Positions 10,466 to 17,791 of a stretch of 50,522 nucleotides of DNA are shown here, piece after piece. Within the stretch, counting starts at the first letter, position 1, and each line of letters opens with the position of its first letter. The position numbers were made by a program, and so were the translations under genes. The DNA is from Frankiales bacterium (GTDB lineage Bacteria; Actinomycetota; Actinomycetes; Mycobacteriales; SCTD01): the NCBI GenBank assembly GCA_025965935.1, contig JAOPVZ010000106.1, forward strand, positions 1 to 50,522, written 5' to 3'. The notes under the pieces were generated by a model. It was not told the origin of the DNA. It made no database searches and saw nothing but the letters and a program-made list of their open reading frames with translations.

Positions 10466-10495
10466 GACCCCTCCAAGAGGTCTACTGGAGGGGTC
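10466..10495. repeat. Perfect 10-bp inverted repeat GACCCCTCCA-N10-TGGAGGGGTC in the divergent promoter region
   Basis: Arms at 10466-10475 and 10486-10495, between TTGACG (10457-10462) and the SOS box. Confidence 0.7.
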
Positions 10496-10497
10496 GT

Positions 10498-10513
10498 TCG
10501 AACAAATGTTCGA
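10498..10513. promoter_or_regulatory. LexA (SOS) box, actinobacterial type
   Basis: TCGAACAAATGTTCGA is an exact TCGAAC-N4-GTTCGA palindrome between ogt and the DUF6504-HEPN-dnaE2-like genes. Confidence 0.93.
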
Positions 10514-10519
10514 CACGAT

Positions 10520-10678
10520 CCGACGAGACCTGAAGGCCCCGTCGGTGACGGTACCTCCGCCGTACGACAGGTGTCTCGACCCTCTCCTGCCGTACGGCGG
10601 TGGCCCCGGCCTCGCCGGAGCGTGGGGAAGCGCTTCAGCGAGGCCGGACCGTCGTCCGTGCTGCCGTCTTCCCCCGGC
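10520..10678 (+). ncRNA. Putative structured leader RNA with kissing-loop potential
   Basis: Four hairpins by eye; the loops UGGGGAAG (10623-10630) and UCUUCCCC (10667-10674) are complementary. Confidence 0.5.
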
Positions 10679-10700
10679 GTGACCTGCAGGAGGAAGACCC

Positions 10701-11045
10701 ATGAGCCGCCGCTTCACCGACCCGGTCGAGGTGCACACCCGGGTGGAGGCCTCCGGGCCGGTGCCTGACCAGTTCCTGTGGCGCGGGCGGCTCTACGTCG
10801 TGCGCGAGGTGCTTGCGCGCTGGACCGAGTCGGGTTCGTGGTGGCGCGGCACGAGCATGTCCGCGGTCGTCACCGGGGACGAGGTCGCGACCACCACGCT
10901 GGCCGTCGACGACCGCGCGACGCAGTGGTGGCGGATCGAGGCCGACTCCGGGCGGCTGGCGGCGATGAGCGCAGGACCTGGCGTCTACGACCTGTGCTTC
11001 ACCGAGTCGACCGCGCAGTGGTCGCTGAAGCGGGTGATGGACTGA
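10701..11045 (+). CDS. DUF6504-family protein (ImuB C-terminal-domain-like)
   Basis: P-x-x-FLWRGRLYVV...W.E...WW...WRIEA...VYDL...W.L..V.D pattern; AGGAGG RBS. Confidence 0.8.
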   Translation: MSRRFTDPVEVHTRVEASGPVPDQFLWRGRLYVVREVLARWTESGSWWRGTSMSAVVTGDEVATTTLAVDDRATQWWRIEADSGRLAAMSAGPGVYDLCFTESTAQWSLKRVMD

Positions 11046-11428
11046 TGATGCGGGGAACGGGGCGCACTCCCGACACGCTCCTGGGACTCGCCCACGAGGG
11101 CCTCCGCGAGGCCGCCGCGACCACCTCGCCGAGCCGGCGTTACGCCCTCGCCCACCTCGCCGCCCTGCGGGCAGCGGCCGCGGTGCTGTCCTGCCGGGCG
11201 CACAGCCGGGAGCGGTCCCGTCCGACCAGCGCGTGGGTGCTGCTCGCCCGGGTCGCGCCCGAGCTCAGCGAGTGGGCGCAGTTCTTCGCCGCGGGTGCCG
11301 AGAAGCGGGCGGTCGCCGAGGCCGGGATCGCCGGTGCGGTCACGCCGCGGGAGGCCGACGACCTGCTGCGCGACGCGCAGTCCTTCCTGCAGGTCATCGA
11401 GACCACGCTGCTCGCCCGAGCCGGCTGA
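11045..11428 (+). CDS. SAV_6107-family HEPN-domain protein
   Basis: RYALAHLAALRAAAAVL, SAWVLLARVAPELSEWAQFFAAGA..RA.AEAG, READDLLRDA; start overlaps the upstream stop (TGATG). Confidence 0.85.
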   Translation: MMRGTGRTPDTLLGLAHEGLREAAATTSPSRRYALAHLAALRAAAAVLSCRAHSRERSRPTSAWVLLARVAPELSEWAQFFAAGAEKRAVAEAGIAGAVTPREADDLLRDAQSFLQVIETTLLARAG

Positions 11429-11437
11429 CATGCCCTC

Positions 11438-14400
11438 ATGACCGACCCGTTCGTCCACCTGCACGTTGCCAGCGGGTACTCGCTCAAGCACGGCGCCTCG
11501 CACCCGAAGCAGCTCGTCGAGCGGGCCGCTGAGCACGGCATGGACGCGCTGGCGCTGACCGATCGCGACGGCGCCTACGGGATCGTGAAGTTCGCGCAGG
11601 CGTGCGAGAGCTGGGGAGTGCGGCCGATCTTCGGCGTGGACCTGGCCATGGCGCCCGTGGCGCCAGTGATCCACGGAGAGTTGGCGCACTTTCTGAGGGG
11701 TCCAGAGCGAGGCAACTCTCCGCCGATCAAGAAGTCGATCAAGAACAGGACGGTGCCGGCGCGCGGTGGGGCGTTCCGGCTCGAGCTGCGGCGGGTGACC
11801 TTCCTCGCGCGGGACGGCAAGGGTTGGGCGCAGCTGTGCCGGCTCATCAGCGCGACCCACCTCGCGGGCGAGCGCGGGCAGCCGGTGAGCTCCCTCGACC
11901 TGGTCGCGGAGCACGCGAGCGGAGGCGGCATCGCCGTGCTGCTCGGGCCGCAGTCCGAGCTGGGCCGGGCGCTGGACCGCAGGAGGCCGGACGAGGCGGC
12001 CGCCCACCTGCGGACCTGGCGCGACGTCCTCGGCCGCGACGCCGTCGTCGTCGAGGTCGTGCACCACCGCGGCCCCGGCGACGCCGCGAGGGCCGCGCGC
12101 TTCCTCGGCTTCGCCCACGAGCAGCGGGCGACGGCGGTGCTGTCCAACGTCGTCCGGTACGCGGACCGGGCCGACGCCCCTACCGCTGACGTCCTCGACG
12201 CGTCGCGCCGGCTCGTCGCCCTGGACGCCCGGCACGTCGACCGCGCCAACGCCGAGGCCGCCCTGCTGTCCGGCAAGGAGATGGCCGACGTCGCCGAGGA
12301 AGTGGCGAGGTACGCCGGCCTCCGCGACGAGGGGCGCTCGCTGCTCGCCGAGACCCGCAAGCAGGCGGACCGGTGCGCCGTCGACCCTCGATCAGACCTC
12401 GGCATCGGCGAGGTGCACTTCCCCGAGCTGGAGGTGGCGGGGGAGGCGAGCGCGCTGCTGCGGGAGCGCTGCGAGGCCGGGCTCAACCGCCGCCAGATGC
12501 CGCGGGACACCAAGACCCTGCAGCGCCTCGACGAGGAGTTCGCCGTCATCGAGGGCCTCGGCTTCCCGTCGTACTTCCTCACCGTCGCCGACGTCGTCGA
12601 CCTCATCAAGGCCGCCGGCGTCCGGGTCGCCGCCCGCGGCAGCGGGGCGGGCAGCCTGGTCAACTACCTGCTCGGCATCAGTGACGTCGACCCGATCCGC
12701 TACGGCCTGCTCATGGAGCGGTTCCTGTCACCGCTGCGCAACCAGCTCCCGGACATCGACATCGACGTCGAGTCGGCACGTCGCACTGAGCTCTACGAGC
12801 TCATCCTCGCCCGGTACGGCGGTGAGCGCTGCACCTGCGTCTCGATGATGGACACGTACCGCGCGCGGCACGGCATCCGGGACGTCGGCGCTGCTCTCGG
12901 CCTGCCGCCCGGCGACGTGGACGCGCTGGCCAAGGCGTTCCCGCACATCCGCGCCAGCCAGGTGCGGCAGGCGATGAAGGACTTGCCCGAGCTGCGGTCC
13001 AGTGGTCTCAACACCTCGCGGGTCGACCTGGTGCTGCAGCTGGTCGAACGGCTCGACGGGCTGCCGCGCCACATCGCGCTGCACCCGTGCGGGGTGCTGC
13101 TCTCAGACCGCACGCTGCTCGACCGCACGCCGGTCGAGTCGAGCTGGCTGGGCTTCCCGATGAGCCAGTTCGACAAGGACGACGTGGAGGCGCTGGGGCT
13201 GCTCAAGCTCGACGTGCTCGGCATCCGGATGCAGTCGGCGATGGCCCACGCGATGGACGAGGTCGAGCGGGTCGAGGGCACCCGTCCCGACGTCGACTCC
13301 ATCAGCAGGGAGGACCTGCGCACCTTCCACCTCGTGCAGTCGACCAAGACCCTCGGCTGCTTCCAGATCGAGTCGCCCGGGCAGCGCGAGCTGATCGGCA
13401 AGTTCGCGCCGGAGACCTTCGAAGACCTCATCACCGACATCAGCCTGTTCCGCCCGGGGCCGGTGAAGAGCGACATGGTGCGGCCGTTCCTCGAGGCCCG
13501 GAACGGCTGGAAGGAAGCGCTCTACGTCCACGACGACCTGCGTGAGGCCCTGGAGCAGACCTACGGCGTCGTCGTCTTCCACGAGCAGGTCCTCATGATC
13601 GTCGCCAAGATGACCGACTGCAGCCTTGCCGAGGCCGACGAGGTCCGGCGGGCCCTCGGCAACGACGACGGCCAGGAGGAGGTGCGGGTCTGGTTCCGGC
13701 CCACCGCGCTCGGCCGCGGCTACTCGACGGAGGTCGTCGACGAGGTCTGGGACATCCTCAAGGCCTTCGGGTCCTTCGGCTTCTGCAAGGCCCATGCGGC
13801 GGCGTTCGCCCTCCCGACGTACCAGTCGACGTGGCTCAAGGCGCACCATCCCGCAGCGTTCCTCGCCGGGGTGCTGACCCACGACCCCGGCATGTACCCG
13901 AAGCGGCTCATCCTCGACGACGCCCGGCAGTTCGGCATCGCGATCCTGTCCCTGGACGTCAACGCGAGCCAGCCGGCGTACACGGTGGAGAAGGTCGGCT
14001 TCCTCGACGAGCCGCCGCCCGCAATCCTCGGGGCGCCACCGCGGTCGAGAGCGGACGATCTCGACCTGCCGGACGGGCGTGGGCACGGCATCCGGATCGG
14101 GCTGTCGGACGTGCGCGGCATCACCGAGGCGGAGATCGCCCGGATCGTCGCGGGGCGGCCGTTCGCGTCGCTGTCGGACTTCTGGCACCGGGCGGCGGTG
14201 TCGAGGCCGATCGTCGAGCGGCTCGTGGTGGCAGGCGGTTTCGACTCCCTGTACGGGCTCGGCTCCTCGATCCCCGGGAGGCGCAGGGGGCAGGTGACCC
14301 GGCGCGACCTGCTGCTGCAGGTGGCCGAGCTCGACCGCTGGAGCCGCTCGGTCCAGAGGGGCCAGCCGAAGAAGCGGAAGGCCGACGCACCAAGGGCTTT

Positions 14401-15196
14401 CGACCTCGACATCCCCCTTGACGACGTCAAGGGACGGCAGGCAAAGCAGTCCCAGAGGGCGACCGTCGTCGAGCCGGTCGACATGCAGCTCGCGCTCGAC
14501 CTCGGGGACGCGCCGGAGCAGACCGTGCCGAGCGGGCTGCCGGAGATGACGCAGGCCGAGCGCACCCGTGCCGAGCTCGACGTGCTCGGTCTCGACGTGA
14601 GCAGCCACGTGCTCGACGGCTACCGGCAGTTCTTCGCCGAGCTCGGCGTGACGCCCGCCAAGGACCTGCTCGGCTGCCGCAGCAACCAGGGCGTCCTCGT
14701 CGCCGGTGTGAAGGTCGCGACCCAGACCCCGCCGATCCGCTCCGGTCGCCGGGTCGTCTTCGTGACCCTCGACGACAGCACCGGTCCGGTCGACGCGACG
14801 TTCTTCGAACAGGCCCAGGTCGGCTACGCCAGCACCGTCTTCCACTCTTGGCTGCTCGTGATCAGAGGAGAGGTACGACGGACCGGCCCCCGTGGTCTGT
14901 CGCTGCTGGCACTGGGCGCCTGGGAGCTGCCGGTGCTGCACGCGGTGTGGAGCCACGGCGGGATGGACGCCGTGTGGGAGCACATGGAGCTGCCGGGAGT
15001 CGTCACCGAGCAGTCGGTGCACGGGGCCGCGGAGTCGCGGTCGACCCGGCCCGTGATGACCAGGCCTCCCGCATCGGCGCCGGTGCAGGTCTACCCGACC
15101 GGCTTCAAGCTGTCGGCGTACTCCGACATCAAGCCCGCGGGAACGGGCGTGACCCGCAAGCTCTGGCACGCCAGCCCGGGAAGCAGTGGGCGGTGA
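11438..15196 (+). CDS. dnaE2: DNA polymerase III alpha subunit, DnaE2-like (error-prone type)
   Basis: PHP domain (FVHLHVAS.YS, ALTD), RGSGAGS, catalytic PDIDID, KLDVLG, GFCKAHA, OB fold; SOS box upstream; C-terminus KLWHASPGSSGR rather than SRDF(H/R). Confidence 0.88.
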   Translation: MTDPFVHLHVASGYSLKHGASHPKQLVERAAEHGMDALALTDRDGAYGIVKFAQACESWGVRPIFGVDLAMAPVAPVIHGELAHFLRGPERGNSPPIKKSIKNRTVPARGGAFRLELRRVTFLARDGKGWAQLCRLISATHLAGERGQPVSSLDLVAEHASGGGIAVLLGPQSELGRALDRRRPDEAAAHLRTWRDVLGRDAVVVEVVHHRGPGDAARAARFLGFAHEQRATAVLSNVVRYADRADAPTADVLDASRRLVALDARHVDRANAEAALLSGKEMADVAEEVARYAGLRDEGRSLLAETRKQADRCAVDPRSDLGIGEVHFPELEVAGEASALLRERCEAGLNRRQMPRDTKTLQRLDEEFAVIEGLGFPSYFLTVADVVDLIKAAGVRVAARGSGAGSLVNYLLGISDVDPIRYGLLMERFLSPLRNQLPDIDIDVESARRTELYELILARYGGERCTCVSMMDTYRARHGIRDVGAALGLPPGDVDALAKAFPHIRASQVRQAMKDLPELRSSGLNTSRVDLVLQLVERLDGLPRHIALHPCGVLLSDRTLLDRTPVESSWLGFPMSQFDKDDVEALGLLKLDVLGIRMQSAMAHAMDEVERVEGTRPDVDSISREDLRTFHLVQSTKTLGCFQIESPGQRELIGKFAPETFEDLITDISLFRPGPVKSDMVRPFLEARNGWKEALYVHDDLREALEQTYGVVVFHEQVLMIVAKMTDCSLAEADEVRRALGNDDGQEEVRVWFRPTALGRGYSTEVVDEVWDILKAFGSFGFCKAHAAAFALPTYQSTWLKAHHPAAFLAGVLTHDPGMYPKRLILDDARQFGIAILSLDVNASQPAYTVEKVGFLDEPPPAILGAPPRSRADDLDLPDGRGHGIRIGLSDVRGITEAEIARIVAGRPFASLSDFWHRAAVSRPIVERLVVAGGFDSLYGLGSSIPGRRRGQVTRRDLLLQVAELDRWSRSVQRGQPKKRKADAPRAFDLDIPLDDVKGRQAKQSQRATVVEPVDMQLALDLGDAPEQTVPSGLPEMTQAERTRAELDVLGLDVSSHVLDGYRQFFAELGVTPAKDLLGCRSNQGVLVAGVKVATQTPPIRSGRRVVFVTLDDSTGPVDATFFEQAQVGYASTVFHSWLLVIRGEVRRTGPRGLSLLALGAWELPVLHAVWSHGGMDAVWEHMELPGVVTEQSVHGAAESRSTRPVMTRPPASAPVQVYPTGFKLSAYSDIKPAGTGVTRKLWHASPGSSGR
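11667..11745. repeat. GATC-bounded palindromic (REP-like) element in frame within dnaE
   Basis: TGATC-NN-CGGAGAGTTG...CAACTCTCCG-NN-GATCA, followed by a duplicated CGATCAAGAA. Confidence 0.6.
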
Positions 15197-15224
15197 TATC
15201 CCGGCCGACCCTAGGCTGGCGGCC

Positions 15225-15962
15225 ATGGAGACGAGGCGCGGCCCGGCAGCGAACGTGCGCACCGCCGTCGTCTGGGAGGTCCTGTCGACGGTCCTCGCCA
15301 CGCCGGGCCAGGTGGTCGTCGACGCCGGCGGCGGCACCGGCGGCTTCGCCGTGCCACTGGCCGAGGCCGGTCACCGGGTCACCGTCGTCGACCCCAGCCC
15401 CGACAGCCTCGCAGCGCTGCAGCGGCGGGCGGCCGAGCGATCGCTCGACGTCGCCGCGCTGCAGGGCGACCTCGGTGACCTCGCCTCGCTCGTGCCGGCA
15501 GGCAGCGCCGACCTGGTGCTGTGCCACTCGGTGCTCGAGGTGGCCAGTGAGACCGCCGACCCTGCTGACCTGCTGGCTGCCATCGCCGATGTGCTCCGGC
15601 CCGGGGGCCGGCTCAGCCTGCTGGTCGCCAACCGCGACGCCGCCGTCCTCGCCCGCGCCCTGGCCGGCCGTCCCGACGAAGCGGCTCATGCCCTCACCGA
15701 CCCGGCCGGCCGCTGGGGGAGGGCGGACGGCATCGCCCGCCGCTGGACGCCCTCGGCGATCGCCGAGCTCGTGGCGGGGACCGGCCTCGTCGTGGAGCAG
15801 GTGCACGGCGTGCGCTGCGTCTCCGACCTGGTGCCCAGCGCGGTGCTCGACACCGAGCCCGGTGCCGCCGCGGCCCTGCTGGCGCTCGAGCGGCGGCTGT
15901 CGGACCAGGCGCCGTTCCGCGACCTCGCGACCCAGGTCCACCTCCTCGCACGCAAGGGCTAG
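15225..15962 (+). CDS. Class I SAM methyltransferase, CmoM/SmtA-like
   Basis: VVDAGGGTG, DLVLCHSVLE, LRPGGRLSL, GVR..SD, LLALE...H..ARK; ATG lies 7 nt after TAGGCT, so likely leaderless. Confidence 0.82.
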   Translation: METRRGPAANVRTAVVWEVLSTVLATPGQVVVDAGGGTGGFAVPLAEAGHRVTVVDPSPDSLAALQRRAAERSLDVAALQGDLGDLASLVPAGSADLVLCHSVLEVASETADPADLLAAIADVLRPGGRLSLLVANRDAAVLARALAGRPDEAAHALTDPAGRWGRADGIARRWTPSAIAELVAGTGLVVEQVHGVRCVSDLVPSAVLDTEPGAAAALLALERRLSDQAPFRDLATQVHLLARKG

Positions 15963-15976
15963 TGGGTGAGCCGGTC

Positions 15977-17284
15977 ATGAGTCGGCGCAACAACCCGGCG
16001 GGACCGCCGCAGGGACCGCCGGGCGACGACACCGGCTGCCACGTCCTGCACGTGGACATGGACGCCTTCTACGCCAGCGTCGAGCTGCGCGACCGCCCCG
16101 AGCTGCGCGGCAAGCCCGTCATCGTGGGCGGCGGCGGGTCGCGCGGCGTGGTGCTGTCGGCGACCTACGAGGCGCGGGCGTTCGGGGTCACCTCGGCCAT
16201 GCCCATGGCCCGGGCCAGGCGGCTGTGCCCGCCGGCGATCGTCATCAGCCCGCAGCACGGGCGCTACTCGCAGGCGAGCGCCGGCGTCATGGAGGTCTTC
16301 CGCTCGATCACCCCGCTGGTCGAGCCTTTGTCGCTGGACGAGGCGTTCCTCGACGTCCGCGGCGCGGCCCGGCGCTTCGGGGGAGCCCGCCTGATCGGCG
16401 AGTACGTCCGCGCGACGGTCGAGGACGAGCAGGGGATCACCTGCTCGGTCGGGGTGGCCCCGACGAAGTTCCTCGCCAAGCTGGCGAGCGCGCACTGCAA
16501 GCCCGACGGGCTGCTGGTCGTGCCCGCCTCGGACGTCGTCGGCTTCCTGCACCCGCTGCCCGTGTCGGCGCTGTGGGGGGTCGGCGAGAAGACCGAGGAG
16601 GTGCTGCTCAAGCTGGGGCTGCGAACGGTCGGCGACCTCGCCTCGACACCGGTCGCCACCCTGCAGCGGGCTCTCGGGCCGGCGATGGGGGCGCACCTGT
16701 CCGCGCTGGCCTGGGGCCGCGACGAGCGGGTCGTCACCCCCTCGGAGCCCGAGAAGAGCATCGGGGCGGAGGAGACCTTCCCGGTCGACGTCGACGACCC
16801 CTCTGTCGTACGGCGGGAGCTGCTGCGGCTGTCGGAGCGGACCGCTGCCCGGCTGCGGTCCGCCGGGCAGGTCGGCCGCACCGTGTCGATCAAGGTGCGC
16901 TTCGCCGACTTCACGACGATCACCCGGTCCAAGACGCTGCGGGAGGCCACGGACGTGGGCCGCGTCGTCTACGACACGGCCCTCGGGCTCTACGAGGCGC
17001 TCGGCCTGGAGCGGGCCCGGCTGCGGCTGGTCGGCGTGCGGGTGGAGCAGCTCGTCGCCGTCGAGCGCGCCCCTCGCCAGCTGTTGCTGGGAGACAAGGA
17101 GATCGGCTGGCGGGAGGCCGAGCAGGCCGTCGACCGGGCGGCCCACCGGTTCGGGGCCGGCGCCGTCCGCCCCGCTGCGTTGGTCGAGCCGGACGACCCG
17201 CTCCGGGGAGCTCAAGCAGGGAAAAGGCCTGAGAAACCTGTGAAGCAGCCCTATCAACGGCCGCGATCTGGGGACTCCTCATGA
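15977..17284 (+). CDS. dinB: DNA polymerase IV (Y family)
   Basis: HVDMDAFYASVE, YEAR.FG, SLDEAFLD, KLAS...KPDG; QLLLG clamp-like motif. Confidence 0.95.
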   Translation: MSRRNNPAGPPQGPPGDDTGCHVLHVDMDAFYASVELRDRPELRGKPVIVGGGGSRGVVLSATYEARAFGVTSAMPMARARRLCPPAIVISPQHGRYSQASAGVMEVFRSITPLVEPLSLDEAFLDVRGAARRFGGARLIGEYVRATVEDEQGITCSVGVAPTKFLAKLASAHCKPDGLLVVPASDVVGFLHPLPVSALWGVGEKTEEVLLKLGLRTVGDLASTPVATLQRALGPAMGAHLSALAWGRDERVVTPSEPEKSIGAEETFPVDVDDPSVVRRELLRLSERTAARLRSAGQVGRTVSIKVRFADFTTITRSKTLREATDVGRVVYDTALGLYEALGLERARLRLVGVRVEQLVAVERAPRQLLLGDKEIGWREAEQAVDRAAHRFGAGAVRPAALVEPDDPLRGAQAGKRPEKPVKQPYQRPRSGDSS

Positions 17285-17350
17285 CGAGAACGGCTGCGGG
17301 ACCTACAGTAGAGGGGTCCGGCCCGGTACGAGGATCTGGAGGCAGCCACC

Positions 17351-17761
17351 GTGCCTCTCTCTGAGCACGAGCAGCGACTGCTCGACCAGATCGAGCGTGC
17401 CCTCTATGCCGAGGACCCGAAGTTCGCCACGACCGTTCGCAGCACCGACCTCCGCACGCACATGCGCCGCCGGATCATCCGGATGGTCGTGCTGTTCGTG
17501 ATCGGCTTCGTGATGATGCTGGTCGGCGTCATCGTGCGGGTCATCCCGGTCAGCGTGATCGGCTTCGGCGTCGCCCTGCTCGCGATGCTGCTCGGCGCCA
17601 ACGCCTACAAGCGGATGAACGGTGGCCCTGCGCTGCGGACGGTCGACGGCCCGCCGCGCACCTCCCGCAAGAAGCAGAAGAGCAAGTCCGGGGGATCCGC
17701 GAAGGACCGCCTCGAGGAGCGTTGGCGCAAGCGCTGGGAAGAGCGCGGCGGATCTCAGTAG
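17351..17761 (+). CDS. DUF3040 membrane protein
   Basis: MPLSEHEQRLLDQIERALYAEDPKFA, two TM helices, RLEERWRKR tail; usual position near mraZ. Confidence 0.9.
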   Translation: MPLSEHEQRLLDQIERALYAEDPKFATTVRSTDLRTHMRRRIIRMVVLFVIGFVMMLVGVIVRVIPVSVIGFGVALLAMLLGANAYKRMNGGPALRTVDGPPRTSRKKQKSKSGGSAKDRLEERWRKRWEERGGSQ

Positions 17762-17791
17762 CCCCGGCGATGTCCGCCGCGGCCGCCGCGA

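Noticed and set aside
10506-10682. 58-codon ORF starting inside the SOS box (MFDTIRRDL...)
   Set aside because: The ATG is part of the LexA spacer, codon usage is atypical, and RNA structure explains the region better.
11438-15196. Replicative dnaE1 or an intein-containing dnaE
   Set aside because: The SOS box, altered PHP ligands and tail point to the error-prone class; the insertions are short and lack intein motifs.
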